Source: Desulfosoma sp. (GTDB taxonomy: Bacteria > Desulfobacterota > Syntrophobacteria > Syntrophobacterales > DSM-9756). Taken from it: DNA of 64,000 nt. The notes beneath the pieces were generated by a model. That model was not told the DNA's origin, made no database searches, and saw nothing but the letters and a program-made list of their open reading frames with translations. The position numbers were made by a program, and so were the translations under genes. Location: positions 192,001 to 256,000 of the forward strand of contig JBBFKW010000002.1 of assembly GCA_037481835.1 (NCBI GenBank). Direction: 5' to 3'. Positions 27,399-38,089 of this stretch are shown here, piece after piece. Position 1 is the first letter of the stretch, and each line of letters starts with the position of its first letter.

Positions 27399-29921
27399 TC
27401 ACTTTCCGCAGCATTTTTTATACTTTTTGCCACTTCCGCAGGGACATGGGTCGTTTCGGCCCACCTTTTTGTCCTTCTTGACGGTCTGGGGCGCCCTTTG
27501 GCCTCCGGCGGGACCGTAGTACATGGGCTGGTTTTCCTGTTCCTGGCGGAGCTCCTGGACCTCTTCCTCCCTGCGGATCTGCACGTGGAAAAGCACCCGG
27601 ATGGTTTCTTCCTTCAGCCGATGGATCATGTCGTCAAACAGGGCATGGGCCTCCCTCTTGTAGGCCACGAGAGGGTCCTGCTGGGCGTAGCCCCGAAGGC
27701 CGATGCCTTCCTTCAGGTGGTCCATGTTGAGCAGGTGGTCTTTCCACAGGCTGTCCAGGGTCTGAAGCAGGACGTAGTTTTCCAGATCCCGCATGAGGGT
27801 GTCGCCGAATTCCCGCTCGCGGGCTTCGTAGCGTTCCTGGACTCTTCGCCACAGGAGTTCCCTCAGGCCGTCTTGGCTCAGTTCGTTAAGCTCGCCCGGG
27901 CTGGGCATGAGGCCGGGTCCGAACAGGCGCTGCAGCTCGGCGTTGAGGGTCTCCAGGTCCCAGTCTTCCGCAAAGGTTTTCTCGTCCGTGGTGGATTGGA
28001 TGATGTCTTCCAGGAGATCTTCCGCCATGTCCATGATGGTGGGTTTGAGGTCGCCGCCTTTGAGGGCTTCCCGGCGCTGGCGGTAGATGACTTCCCGCTG
28101 TTGGTTCATCACATCGTCGTATTCCAAAAGATGCTTGCGGATGCTGAAGTTGTGCGCTTCCACGCGGCTTTGGGCGTTCTCGATGGCTTTGCTTACGAGC
28201 CGATGCTCGATGGGTTCGCCTTCTTCCATGCCGATGCGCTGCATGAGGCTGGAGATGCGATCGGCGGCGAAGATGCGCATGAGATCGTCTTCCAGGCTGA
28301 GATAGAAGCGGGAGGAGCCGGGGTCTCCCTGACGGCCGGCACGACCGCGAAGTTGGTTGTCGATGCGGCGCGCCTCGTGGCGTTCCGTTCCCAGAATGTG
28401 CAAGCCGCCCAGTTCGGCCACTCCCGGACCCAGGACGATATCGGTGCCGCGGCCGGCCATGTTGGTGGAAATGGTCACCGCGCCCCTTTGGCCGGCTTTG
28501 GCGACGATTTCCGCTTCCTTCTCGTGGTGCTTGGCATTGAGGACCTGGTGGGGGATGCCTTCGCGTTTGAGCATGCGGCTGAGCATCTCCGATTTGTCGA
28601 TGCTCACGGTCCCCACCAAGACGGGCCGCCCCTGGGCGTGGAGTTCCTTGATTTCCTGAACGGCGGCCTGGAACTTTTCCCGTTCGGTGCGGAAGATGCA
28701 ATCCGGATAGTCGATGCGGATCATCTTCTTGTGGGTCGGAATGACCACGACTTCCAGCTTGTAGATCTTGGCGAATTCCTCCGCTTCGGTGTCAGCCGTG
28801 CCCGTCATGCCGGCCAGCTTGTTGTACATCCGGAAATAGTTCTGGAAGGTGATGGTGGCGAGGGTTTGATTTTCGTTCTCAACCTGCACGCCTTCCTTGG
28901 CTTCCAGGGCCTGGTGCAATCCGTCGCTGTAGCGGCGGCCGGGCATGAGCCGCCCGGTGAATTCATCGACGATGATGACCTTGCCGTCCTTGACGATGTA
29001 GTCCACATCCTTTTGGAAAAGGGTGTGGGCCCGCAGGGCCTGTTGGACGTGGTGGAGGAGATCGATGTTCCTCGGGTCGTAGAGGTTATCCACGCCCAGG
29101 AGGCGTTCCGCCGCGGCCACGCCTTCTTCGGTCAGTGTCACCGTGCGGCTCTTTTCCTCCTTGGTGTAGTGGATTTCCGGCTTGAGGTGCGGGATGATGC
29201 GGTTGACCCGCACGTAGAGCTGGGTCGATTTCTCGGCGGGTCCCGAGATGATCAGGGGGGTTCTGGCTTCGTCGATGAGGATGCTGTCCACTTCGTCCAC
29301 GATGGCGTAGTTGAGTTCCCTTTGGACCATGTCCTCGAGCCGGAACTTCATGTTGTCGCGCAGATAATCGAACCCGAACTCGTTGTTGGTGCCGTAGGTG
29401 ACATCGCATTCGTAGGCGGCTTTTCGCTGGCGGTCGTCCAGACCGTGGACGATGCAGCCCACCGACAGGCCGAGAAACTTGTAGATTTCACCCATCCACT
29501 CGCTGTCGCGCTTGGCCAGGTAATCGTTCACGGTGACGACGTGGACGCCTCGACCGGTGAGGGCGTTGAGGTAGACCGGCATCACGGCGACGAGCGTCTT
29601 GCCTTCGCCGGTTTTCATTTCGGCGATTTTTCCCTGATGCAGGACGATCCCGCCGATGATCTGCACATCGAACGGGCGCATGCCCACGGTGCGGGCGGCC
29701 GCTTCCCGGGCCACGGCAAAGGCTTCGGGCAGGAGATCGTCCAGGGGTTCGCCGCGGGCGACCCGCTGGCGGAATTCGATGGTTTTCGCCTGGAGGGCCT
29801 GGTCGCTCAGGGCGCGCACGGACGGTTCCAGCTGGTTGACGGCGTCCACGAGGGGCGCAATGCGCTTCAGGTTCCGTTCGTTTTGAGTCCCGAAAATCTT
29901 TTTTAACAGAGCACCGATCAT
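27399..29921 (-). CDS. secA: Preprotein translocase subunit SecA
   Basis: [38 protein letters not shown]-terminal [18 protein letters not shown]. Confidence 0.98.
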   Translation of the reverse strand: MIGALLKKIFGTQNERNLKRIAPLVDAVNQLEPSVRALSDQALQAKTIEFRQRVARGEPLDDLLPEAFAVAREAAARTVGMRPFDVQIIGGIVLHQGKIAEMKTGEGKTLVAVMPVYLNALTGRGVHVVTVNDYLAKRDSEWMGEIYKFLGLSVGCIVHGLDDRQRKAAYECDVTYGTNNEFGFDYLRDNMKFRLEDMVQRELNYAIVDEVDSILIDEARTPLIISGPAEKSTQLYVRVNRIIPHLKPEIHYTKEEKSRTVTLTEEGVAAAERLLGVDNLYDPRNIDLLHHVQQALRAHTLFQKDVDYIVKDGKVIIVDEFTGRLMPGRRYSDGLHQALEAKEGVQVENENQTLATITFQNYFRMYNKLAGMTGTADTEAEEFAKIYKLEVVVIPTHKKMIRIDYPDCIFRTEREKFQAAVQEIKELHAQGRPVLVGTVSIDKSEMLSRMLKREGIPHQVLNAKHHEKEAEIVAKAGQRGAVTISTNMAGRGTDIVLGPGVAELGGLHILGTERHEARRIDNQLRGRAGRQGDPGSSRFYLSLEDDLMRIFAADRISSLMQRIGMEEGEPIEHRLVSKAIENAQSRVEAHNFSIRKHLLEYDDVMNQQREVIYRQRREALKGGDLKPTIMDMAEDLLEDIIQSTTDEKTFAEDWDLETLNAELQRLFGPGLMPSPGELNELSQDGLRELLWRRVQERYEAREREFGDTLMRDLENYVLLQTLDSLWKDHLLNMDHLKEGIGLRGYAQQDPLVAYKREAHALFDDMIHRLKEETIRVLFHVQIRREEEVQELRQEQENQPMYYGPAGGQRAPQTVKKDKKVGRNDPCPCGSGKKYKKCCGK

Positions 29922-29977
29922 GGTGGGCGTTCTCCTTATCTAAGATGAACGGCGGCCGCTGCGGCCGCCGCCAAGGT

Positions 29978-30006
29978 TCTATAACGCACAAGCAAACCAA
30001 ATTCAA
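29978..30006 (-). promoter_or_regulatory. sigma70-type promoter for secA
   Basis: TTGAAT-N17-TATAGA on the minus strand. Confidence 0.5.
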
Positions 30007-30098
30007 CGCATGGTTCCCTCCTGCCGGCGCAGACAAGGGATTGACAAAGCCCGGGGGCTTCTGGTATGCGATCAAATAAAAAAACGGTGTATTGCATT

Positions 30099-30905
30099 AT
30101 GAAACGCACGGGACAGCCCAACGCCATTGAAAAAGCCCTTCAGGTCTTGTCCGCCTTCCAGGTGGATCGGCCGCGGTGGGGCGTGCGGGAGCTGGCGGCC
30201 CATGTGGGCTTCAGCCCGGCCACGGTGCAAAGGATCCTTCAGAGCTTGAAGGCGTACCATTTCATCGAGCAGGATCCTCAAACGCTGCAGTATCGGCTGG
30301 GCCCCATTTACTACCGTTTCGTGGAAGTGCTCCAAAGCCAGCACGCCGTGGTCCAGGAGGCGGGCCCTGTCATGCGGCGCTTGAGTTTCGAGACGGGGGA
30401 GACGGTGCACTTGAACGTCGTGGACGGCCGGGAGAGACTGTGCATCGAGAGCATGGAATCCCTCCAGTCTCTTAAGGCCGGCATGCCCGTGGGCAACCGC
30501 TCCCCGCTCTATGCAGGGGCCTCATCCAAATGCCTCTTGGCCTTTTCTCCTGACGAGTTCGTGGCGGCCTATCTTGCGGACCTATCGCCCAAGGCTCTGA
30601 CCGAAAACACCATTGTGGACAAGGAGGCCCTCACGGCCGAGATCGCCGCCATCCGCCGTCGAGGTTACGCGGAAAGCCTGGCGGAACGGACTTTGGGGCT
30701 GGGGTCTCTCAGCGTGCCCGTCTTTTCCCATAACGGGGGGTTGCTGGCGGCCTTGAGTCTCGCTTTGCCGGAACTTCGGTTTCGAAACCCCGACCATAAG
30801 CAGCGGTGCCTTGAGCACCTTCTGGAGGCGGGACGGGAATTGTCCATGCGCATGGGCTGGCGTGGGCCGTATCCCAAACCCGTCGGCCGCATCGATGGCG
30901 TGTGA
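30099..30905 (+). CDS. IclR family transcriptional regulator
   Basis: N-terminal HTH (AIEKALQVL..WGVRELA..ATVQRIL), GETVHL, PLYAGASSK; start may be 30066; TTGACA at 30041. Confidence 0.9.
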   Translation: MKRTGQPNAIEKALQVLSAFQVDRPRWGVRELAAHVGFSPATVQRILQSLKAYHFIEQDPQTLQYRLGPIYYRFVEVLQSQHAVVQEAGPVMRRLSFETGETVHLNVVDGRERLCIESMESLQSLKAGMPVGNRSPLYAGASSKCLLAFSPDEFVAAYLADLSPKALTENTIVDKEALTAEIAAIRRRGYAESLAERTLGLGSLSVPVFSHNGGLLAALSLALPELRFRNPDHKQRCLEHLLEAGRELSMRMGWRGPYPKPVGRIDGV

Positions 30906-30934
30906 ACAACGGGGACAAGGAGAAGGGGAGTGCC

Positions 30935-32137
30935 ATGACAGGAGGATCCAGGGCGTTGGACGGCATCAAGGTGTTGGACCTTTCCCGGGTTCTTGCCGGA
31001 CCGTATTGTTCCATGATGCTGGGAGACATGGGGGCGGATGTGATCAAGGTGGAACGCCCCGGGGCCGGAGACGACACCCGCCAGTGGGGCCCTCCGGAAG
31101 CCGGCGGCGAGGCCGCCTATTACCTCTGTGTCAACCGAAACAAGCGCAGCATCACGGTGGACCTGAAAAAGGAAGAAGGCCGGGAGATCATCCGCACCTT
31201 GGCGTCCCAAAGCGACATCCTCATCGAAAATTACAAGGTGGGCACTCTGCCCAAGCTGGGTTTGGGCTACGAGGACCTAAAGAAGGTCAATCCCGGCCTG
31301 ATCTACTGTTCCATTACGGGATTCGGGCAAAACGGGCCGTACAAGGACAAACCCGGCTATGATTTCATGATCCAAGGCATGGGCGGCATCATGAGCATCA
31401 CCGGGGATCCCGAAGGGCCGCCCATGAAGGTGGGGGTGGCCATCGTGGACATCACGGCGGGCCTTTTCGCCTGCAGCGCCATTTTAGCGGCGCTGTATCA
31501 CAGGACCCTCACGGGCCGAGGACAGTACATCGATGTGGCCCTTCTCGACGCCGTGGTGGCGTGGCTCGCCAACGTGGGCAGCAACTATCTGGTTTCGGGA
31601 GAAATCCCGGCGCGATATGGCAACGCTCACCCCAACATCGTGCCCTACGAGCCCTTCAAATGCAAAGACGGCACCTACATCGCCCTGGCCGTGGGCAACG
31701 ACCGCCAGTGGCAGGATTTCTGTCGGCTGGCCGGCTTGGACCATCTGGCCGACGATTCCCGCTTCGCCACCAATCCCCAGCGGGTGATCCATCGCAAGGA
31801 ACTCATTCCCCTGGTGGCCCAGGCCATGCTCCAAAAGACGGGCGATGAATGGCTCGAGGCCCTGGATCGGCTCAAGATCCCCTGTGGGCCCATCAACACG
31901 TTGGATCGGGTGTTTTCCGACCCGCAGGTCTTGGCGAGGCAGATGGTCGCCGAGGTGCCGCACCCGACGGCCGGGTCGGTCAAGCTGGTGGCGAGCCCCA
32001 TGAAGTTTTCGGACACGCCGTGTGTCATCGACCGGCATCCGCCGCTTCTCGGCGAACACACGGAAGAAGTCCTCCGGGACGTGCTCGGCTTTTCGGAAGA
32101 CAAGATCCGCACGCTGCGGGAAAAGGGGGTCATTTGA
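30935..32137 (+). CDS. Family III (CaiB/BaiF) CoA transferase, likely succinyl-CoA:dicarboxylate type
   Basis: LDLSRVLAGP, GADVIKVE, NRNKRSI, GYDFMIQ, catalytic VAIVD, PPLLGEHT. Confidence 0.9.
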   Translation: MTGGSRALDGIKVLDLSRVLAGPYCSMMLGDMGADVIKVERPGAGDDTRQWGPPEAGGEAAYYLCVNRNKRSITVDLKKEEGREIIRTLASQSDILIENYKVGTLPKLGLGYEDLKKVNPGLIYCSITGFGQNGPYKDKPGYDFMIQGMGGIMSITGDPEGPPMKVGVAIVDITAGLFACSAILAALYHRTLTGRGQYIDVALLDAVVAWLANVGSNYLVSGEIPARYGNAHPNIVPYEPFKCKDGTYIALAVGNDRQWQDFCRLAGLDHLADDSRFATNPQRVIHRKELIPLVAQAMLQKTGDEWLEALDRLKIPCGPINTLDRVFSDPQVLARQMVAEVPHPTAGSVKLVASPMKFSDTPCVIDRHPPLLGEHTEEVLRDVLGFSEDKIRTLREKGVI

Positions 32138-32144
32138 GACGGTC

Positions 32145-32273
32145 ATGGGTGAGGCGCTGATCATCTTCGTCAACGGGATTGTGGGCGTTTTTCTCGGCAT
32201 GAGCGTTCTCTACGGCGCCATGCATTTATTGGCGTACGTGGTGAAACGGGCGAGCAAGGAGGGGCAGCCGTGA
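32145..32273 (+). CDS. Na+-translocating decarboxylase small membrane subunit (OadG/GcdD-like)
   Basis: 42-aa single-TM peptide (GIVGVFLGMSVL) overlapping the beta-subunit start. Confidence 0.7.
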   Translation: MGEALIIFVNGIVGVFLGMSVLYGAMHLLAYVVKRASKEGQP

Positions 32274-33388
32274 ACGGTGGACCTCTCGATTTGTTGGCCC
32301 AGATGGGGCTGCTGGCGGTCACGCCCGGCATGGTTTTCATGTGGTTCGTGGCGGGCGTGCTCCTCTACTTGGCCATCGCCAAGCAGTTCGAGCCGCTCCT
32401 TTTGCTGCCCATCGGCTTTGGGATCCTCGTGGCCAACTTGCCGCTCACGGGCCTCATGGAACCCGGAGAAGGGCTCATTTGGCGCTTTTACCATTACGGG
32501 CTCCAGTGGGAAGTCATCCCGCCCGTCATTTTCCTCGGCTTGGGCGCCCTTACGGACTTCGGGCCCATGCTGGCCCGGCCTTCCCTCATCTTCCTCGGAG
32601 CGGGAGCCCAGGTGGGCGTTTACGTCACGTTTTTCATCGCCCGGCTGCTCGGCATGACCCTTCCCGAAGCCGCCACGACGGGGATTATCGGCGGGGCCGA
32701 TGGCCCTACCACCATTTATCTCGCCACGCGGCTCGCCCCGCACATGCTTGGAAGCTGTGCCGTTGCGGCCTATTCCTACATGGCTCTGGTGCCCATCATT
32801 CAGCCGCCGGTCATGAAGCTATTGACCACCCGGGCGGAGCGGGCCATCGTCATGAAGAAGTCCCGCAAGGTTCCCAAGCTGGAGCGCATCCTCTTTCCCA
32901 TCGTGGCCACGCTGGTCACCGTCTTAGTGGTGCCGGCTTCAGCGCCCCTCATGGTCATGTTCATGCTGGGAAACCTCTTCAGGGAATCGGGGGTTGTGGA
33001 GCGTCTGTCCGGAGCCGCCCAAAACGAGCTCATGAACATCGTCACCATCTTTTTGGGCCTTTCCGTCGGGGCCACCATGAACGCCGCCACCTTTCTCCAG
33101 CCCAAAGTGATCTTCATCTTCGTCCTGGGATTGGCGGCCTTTGCCGTCAGCACAGCCTCCGGAGTGCTTTTCGCCAAATTCATGAACCTTTTCCTTAAAG
33201 ACAAGATCAACCCCCTGATCGGGGCCGCCGGGGTTTCGGCCGTGCCCATGTCGGCTCGCGTGGTCCATCAGGTGGGCAGTGAAGCCAACAAGAAAAACTA
33301 TTTGCTCATGTTCGCCATGGGGCCGAACATCGCGGGAGTCATCGGGACCATTTTGGCCGCCGGGGTGTTTCTGTCCATGCTGAAATGA
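32270..33388 (+). CDS. Na+-translocating decarboxylase beta subunit (OadB/GcdB/MmdB)
   Basis: EPLLLLPIGFG, IIGGADGPT, AYSYMALVPIIQPP, GVSAVPMSAR, AMGPNIAGVIG. Confidence 0.95.
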   Translation: MNGGPLDLLAQMGLLAVTPGMVFMWFVAGVLLYLAIAKQFEPLLLLPIGFGILVANLPLTGLMEPGEGLIWRFYHYGLQWEVIPPVIFLGLGALTDFGPMLARPSLIFLGAGAQVGVYVTFFIARLLGMTLPEAATTGIIGGADGPTTIYLATRLAPHMLGSCAVAAYSYMALVPIIQPPVMKLLTTRAERAIVMKKSRKVPKLERILFPIVATLVTVLVVPASAPLMVMFMLGNLFRESGVVERLSGAAQNELMNIVTIFLGLSVGATMNAATFLQPKVIFIFVLGLAAFAVSTASGVLFAKFMNLFLKDKINPLIGAAGVSAVPMSARVVHQVGSEANKKNYLLMFAMGPNIAGVIGTILAAGVFLSMLK

Positions 33389-33526
33389 AACGCGGAGGCG
33401 GCCGCCACTGGCGCCGGTCCTGCAGGGGTGCTCTGTCTATGAACGGGCGCATGGCGACGACCAAGTCTTGTGTGAACGATGAGCCTATCCAAGCCTGGAA
33501 CCCAACGAACGACAAGGAGGAGACAC

Positions 33527-33742
33527 ATGGCTGAAGACGTCCTGGCCCCCATGGTGGGCAAAATTCTCAAGATCAAGGTGAAGCCCGGCGATGCGGTGCA
33601 GGAAGACGATGAGATCCTCGTCATGGAATCCATGAAATTGGAAACGTCGGTCCATGCGCCGTGCAGCGGCGTCGTCAAAGAAATCAAGGTGTCCGAAGGC
33701 GACCGCGTGGAAGAAGACGATCTCTTGGTGGTGATCGAATGA
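33527..33742 (+). CDS. Biotin carboxyl carrier subunit (GcdC-like)
   Basis: 71-aa biotinyl domain APMVGKI...ESMKLE; AAGGAGG RBS. Confidence 0.9.
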   Translation: MAEDVLAPMVGKILKIKVKPGDAVQEDDEILVMESMKLETSVHAPCSGVVKEIKVSEGDRVEEDDLLVVIE

Positions 33743-33763
33743 CGAGGAAGAAAGGGGACTTTC

Positions 33764-34921
33764 ATGCAGTTTGAACTCACCGAAGAACAGCGCATGGTCC
33801 AGGAACAGGCGCGCCGTTTCGCCGAAAAGGAAATCCTTCCCACGGTGGAAGAAGAGGAACGCGGTCATGTCTTCAATCGCGAACGGCTGAAAAAGATGGG
33901 GGAACTGGGGTTTTTCGGCTGCTGTATCCCCGAAGAATACGGGGGGAACGGCATGGGCTTCGTGGAATCGGTGCTCATGACCGAGCAGATCGCCAAGGTG
34001 TCCCCATCGTGGCGGGTCCCATTCAACATGCAAAACATCGGTCCGGCCATCACCGTCAATCAATTCGGCACCGAAGAACAGAAAAAGGCCTTTATCCCTG
34101 GGTGGGTATCGGGGGAAAAGATCGGCTTTTTCGCCATCACCGAACCCAACGCCGGTTCCGACGTGGCGGGCATGCGCACCACGGCCAAAGACATGGGGGA
34201 CCATTGGGAACTCAACGGCCAGAAGATGTGGATCAGCAACGCCCCTGTGGCCGATGTGGGCTTGGTGTACGCCTACACGGACAAGGAAAAGAAATATAAG
34301 GGCATGACCTGCTTCATCGTGGATGTGGCCAACAACCCCAATATCGAGAGGCGGGCCATCGAAACCAAGTTGGGACTGCACTGTTCCCCCACGGGGGAAC
34401 TCATTTTCGACGGCGCCAAAATCCCCAAGGAGGCCGTCTTGGGCCAGGTGGGCGACGGCTTCAAGATCTGCATGTGGATGCTCAACAACACGCGGCTCAG
34501 CTGCGCGGCGGGGGCCCTGGGGGTGTCCGGCGCGTGCCTGGATCTGGCGGTCAAATACGCCAACGAAAGGACCCAATTCGGGCAGCCCATTTCGAGCTAC
34601 CAGATGATCCAGGCGCAGATCGCCGAAATGGCCGCGGAACACGAAGCGGCCAAGTGGCTCGTCTACCATGCGGCCTATCTCAAGGACCAAGGCAAACCCA
34701 ACCAGCTCCAGACATCCATCGCCAAGTTCTTCGCCTCGGAAGCGGCCGTCAAGGCGGCCAACGAAGCCATGAAGATTTTCGGGTCCTACGGCTTTTCCAC
34801 GGAATATCCCATCGAGCGGTACTATCGGGATGCCAAGTCCTATCAGGTGGTGGAAGGGACGAGCAACGTGCAGAAGATGATCATTGCGGGCATCACGTGC
34901 GGGCATCAGCCGAACCGCTGA
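33764..34921 (+). CDS. Acyl-CoA dehydrogenase resembling non-decarboxylating glutaryl-CoA dehydrogenase
   Basis: ITEPNAGSD, WRV.FNM, SPTGEL, NNTRLS, YGFSTEYP, VVEG, C-terminal NR recall the Desulfococcus/Syntrophus-type enzyme. Confidence 0.8.
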   Translation: MQFELTEEQRMVQEQARRFAEKEILPTVEEEERGHVFNRERLKKMGELGFFGCCIPEEYGGNGMGFVESVLMTEQIAKVSPSWRVPFNMQNIGPAITVNQFGTEEQKKAFIPGWVSGEKIGFFAITEPNAGSDVAGMRTTAKDMGDHWELNGQKMWISNAPVADVGLVYAYTDKEKKYKGMTCFIVDVANNPNIERRAIETKLGLHCSPTGELIFDGAKIPKEAVLGQVGDGFKICMWMLNNTRLSCAAGALGVSGACLDLAVKYANERTQFGQPISSYQMIQAQIAEMAAEHEAAKWLVYHAAYLKDQGKPNQLQTSIAKFFASEAAVKAANEAMKIFGSYGFSTEYPIERYYRDAKSYQVVEGTSNVQKMIIAGITCGHQPNR

Positions 34922-34933
34922 GAGGAGGAGGGT

Positions 34934-36490
34934 ATGGCACCGGAGTGGAAAGAGCTCACGGAAAGGTTCCAGGCGGAACGGGAGCGGCTGCGAGCGGGCG
35001 GCGGAGCCGATCTCCAGGAGAAAGAACACGCCAAAGGCAAGCTCACGGCCCGGGAACGCATCGAGCTCCTGTTCGATCCCGGGACGTTCGAGGAGCTGGA
35101 TCTTTTCGCCAAGCACATCGGGCGGGACTATGGTTTGGACAAGAAGGAACTGCCCGCAGACGGCGTGATCATCGGCTACGGGGAAGTCAACGGCCGAGGG
35201 TGCATGGCCTATGTGGAGGATTTTACGGTGGTGGCGGGCACCTTCGGCGAACGGCACGGCCGCAAGATCTGCAAGATCATCGACATGGCCCGTAAATACG
35301 GCTATCCCGTGGTGGGGATCAACGACTCGGGCGGCGCCCGCGTGACGGAACAAATGGGCGCCTTGTCCCAATACGGCCAGCTTTTCTACCGCCATGTGGC
35401 GGCCTCCGGCGTCGTTCCCCAGATCGCCCTCATCATGGGCCCCGTTGCAGGCGGCCAGGCCTACTCCCCGGCCCTCATGGACTTCATCTTCATGGTGGAC
35501 AAGACGAGCTCCATGTTCATCGCCGGGCCGCCTCTGGTGGAAGCGGTCGTTTACGAAAAGACAGACGAGCAGTCTCTCGGCGGCCCCAAGGTCCACGGAA
35601 AGATCACCGGCGTTTCCGACGGGACCATGGCCGACGATCGGCACTGTCTGGAACAGACGCGCCGGCTCCTGTCGTACCTTCCCTTGAACAACAAGGATCT
35701 TCCCCCCTACGAAGTCCCCGAGGACAGCCCCGATCGGGAAACCAGGGACCTGGAAGACATCATCCCGACGGACCAGAAGAAGCTCTACAACATGCGTCGG
35801 GTCATCGACGTGGTGTTTGACCAGGGGTCTTTCTTCGAACTGAAAAAGGAATTCGCCCAGAACCTGATCATCGGCTTCGCGCGCTTAAACGGCCATGTGG
35901 TGGGTGTTGTGGCCAACAACCCCATGAAGTACAACGGAGCCCTGGACTACAACGCCGCCGACAAGGGATCGCGCTTCATCCGGTTCTGCGACGCCTTCAA
36001 CATCCCGCTCATCAATCTGCAGGACGTGCCCGGGTTCCTCATCGGGACGCGTTCCGAACACAACGGCATCATCCGCCACGGCGCCAAGATGCTTTACGCC
36101 TACGCGGAAGCGACGGTTCCCAAGATCACCTGCGTGGTGCGCAAAGCCTATGCCGGAGGCTATCTGGCCATGTGCAGCAAGGACCTGGGAGCCGACGTGG
36201 TTTTCGCTCTGCCCACGGCCGAAATCTGCCTCATGGGCCCTCAAGGCGCGGTGAACATCCTCTTTCGCAAGGACATCGCTTCGGCTCAGGATCCCGAAAA
36301 GGTGCGCGCGGAGCGAGAAGCGGAATTCATGGAGCGCTACGTCAATCCCACTTACGCGGCAGGATTGCAGCACGTGGACGACATCATCCTTCCAGGCGAA
36401 GTTCGGCGCAAGCTCATCCGGGCCTTGGAAATGACCCTGGACAAGGACGAAGAGGCACCGGATCGAAAGCACGGCATCACACCGGTGTGA
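34934..36490 (+). CDS. Acyl-CoA carboxyltransferase subunit (PccB/MmdA-like), decarboxylase alpha subunit
   Basis: GKLTARERI, DSGGAR, AGGQAYSPA, RFIRFCDAFNIP, DVPGF, RKAYAG, KHGITPV. Confidence 0.9.
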   Translation: MAPEWKELTERFQAERERLRAGGGADLQEKEHAKGKLTARERIELLFDPGTFEELDLFAKHIGRDYGLDKKELPADGVIIGYGEVNGRGCMAYVEDFTVVAGTFGERHGRKICKIIDMARKYGYPVVGINDSGGARVTEQMGALSQYGQLFYRHVAASGVVPQIALIMGPVAGGQAYSPALMDFIFMVDKTSSMFIAGPPLVEAVVYEKTDEQSLGGPKVHGKITGVSDGTMADDRHCLEQTRRLLSYLPLNNKDLPPYEVPEDSPDRETRDLEDIIPTDQKKLYNMRRVIDVVFDQGSFFELKKEFAQNLIIGFARLNGHVVGVVANNPMKYNGALDYNAADKGSRFIRFCDAFNIPLINLQDVPGFLIGTRSEHNGIIRHGAKMLYAYAEATVPKITCVVRKAYAGGYLAMCSKDLGADVVFALPTAEICLMGPQGAVNILFRKDIASAQDPEKVRAEREAEFMERYVNPTYAAGLQHVDDIILPGEVRRKLIRALEMTLDKDEEAPDRKHGITPV

Positions 36491-36498
36491 CAGGAATC

Positions 36499-36536
36499 AA
36501 AGGGGGGAGCCGCCCAGTGGGGCGCTTCCCCTTTTT
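36499..36536 (+). terminator. Intrinsic terminator
   Basis: GGGGGAGCCGCCC-loop-GGGCGCTTCCCC followed by TTTTT. Confidence 0.7.
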
Positions 36537-36670
36537 CGTGGCCTAAAAAGGTTGTTTCTTCTCCACAAAAATTGTACGGCTTTTTCAAGGGTCGTGGGAT
36601 GGGTCCCGGATGGGCGCTCGGTTCGGGGCCGGAGGGCATGGATGGTTTTTTGACAAGAAAGGAGAGGTCT

Positions 36671-37666
36671 ATGAAGAAGCTCGGTGTGGTAATGGGTTTG
36701 GTGCTGTGTCTTTTGGCCGGGCAGGCGCAGGCCGAATCGGCCAAAGCCATCATCGCCACGGGGGGCATCGGCGGCGTCTATTACTATTACGGGACGCAGA
36801 TCGCCGAAATCCTCACCAAGGCCAACGCCTTGCCCTCGACGGCGATCCAAACGGCCGCTTCCGTGGACAACATGTTGCTCATTCGAGACAAGACCGAACC
36901 AGACAAAAAGACCTACTTCCTGGCGACCGTGTTGCCCGACACGGCCTACTTCACCGTGACGGGAAAGCATGAAAAGTTCGCCGAAAAGCCCGTCAAGGCG
37001 ACCATCTTGTGGATGATGTATCCCAACTACCTGCACGTGGTGACGACCGCCCAGTCGGGCATCAAGAGCCTGGCGGACCTCAAAGACAAACGCGTTTCCA
37101 CGGGGGCTCCGGGAAGCGGCACGGAATTTACGGCGCTGAATCTCCTGAAGGCCGCCGGGATCGATCCCGAAAAATTCAAGAAGTGGGAAAAGCTCGGGGC
37201 CAAGGAATCGGATGAGGCGCTGGCCAACGGCACCCTGGACGCCTATTTCTGGTCAGGCGGTCTGCCGACGGGAAGCATCGTGGAATTGGCCAACACCTTG
37301 AAGCGCAAGGGGCTGGATTTGGCCTTGGTGCCGCTGCCTTCCACGGATCCTGGTGTGGCGGCCTTCATGAACGAATTCAAGGGGCTCGTGGATCCCCAGG
37401 TCGTCAAGAAAGAAGTCTATTCCCTGAGCGACGACGTTCCCACGCTGGCCTTTTGGAATATGTTCGTCGGCCCGGAATCTCTCCCCGAAGACCTGGCTTA
37501 CACGGTGACGAAGACCGTGTTCGAAAACCTGGAGACGCTCCACGCCTCGGTCAAGCCGTCCAAAGACACCACGGCGGAAAACACGGCGCGTTTCATCGGC
37601 AAGACGGCCATCCCGTTCCATCCCGGGGCCGTGCGCTACTTCAAGGAAAAGGGCCTTGTGAAGTAA
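36671..37666 (+). CDS. TAXI family TRAP transporter solute-binding protein
   Basis: Signal peptide; ATGGIGGVYY, TAASVDN, STGAPGSGT, PFHPGAVRYFKEKG. Confidence 0.92.
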   Translation: MKKLGVVMGLVLCLLAGQAQAESAKAIIATGGIGGVYYYYGTQIAEILTKANALPSTAIQTAASVDNMLLIRDKTEPDKKTYFLATVLPDTAYFTVTGKHEKFAEKPVKATILWMMYPNYLHVVTTAQSGIKSLADLKDKRVSTGAPGSGTEFTALNLLKAAGIDPEKFKKWEKLGAKESDEALANGTLDAYFWSGGLPTGSIVELANTLKRKGLDLALVPLPSTDPGVAAFMNEFKGLVDPQVVKKEVYSLSDDVPTLAFWNMFVGPESLPEDLAYTVTKTVFENLETLHASVKPSKDTTAENTARFIGKTAIPFHPGAVRYFKEKGLVK

Positions 37667-37681
37667 AGGCCGGCGGACGCC

Positions 37682-38089
37682 ATGAAACCCCGCCCCACGG
37701 CGGTCGCTTGTGCGGTTTGTGGCATCTTTCTCGCCGCCGTGGGGTTTTTCCTTAAGCCCGCCCGGGTAGCCGTGGACGATCGCTCCACGGTGGTCGTCTT
37801 CCGGCGCTTTGAGGAAGGCTCCATTCGCTTCGTCAATTCGGTCACGCAAAAGCCCGTGACCATTCGCTTTCGCGTTCGATCCCTTTTCAGCGACTTTTCC
37901 ATGGAAACCGACGAGGAGACGGAAAACTATTACACATCCGGGACCTATGCCATCGACCCTGTCCTTTCCCGCCACACCTCTTCCTCGCTGAAGCTCTGCA
38001 GCATCCAAGGCATCGCGCTCTCCGTTGGTGACGACAGGTGGGAGATTCAAGACGGCTGTTTGGAGGTGACTCTGCTATGGACGTTTTGA
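37682..38089 (+). CDS. TAXI-associated small protein (DUF1850-like)
   Basis: Lies between the TAXI SBP and fused permease; N-terminal hydrophobic segment, F.NSV...PV motif. Confidence 0.55.
   Translation: MKPRPTAVACAVCGIFLAAVGFFLKPARVAVDDRSTVVVFRRFEEGSIRFVNSVTQKPVTIRFRVRSLFSDFSMETDEETENYYTSGTYAIDPVLSRHTSSSLKLCSIQGIALSVGDDRWEIQDGCLEVTLLWTF

Noticed and set aside
27387..29906. Long antisense ORFs (839 aa opposite secA; also 3145-4998, 16389-18335, 33485-35644, 52328-54127)
   Set aside because: Shadow frames of GC-rich genes with strong codon bias; no recognisable motifs
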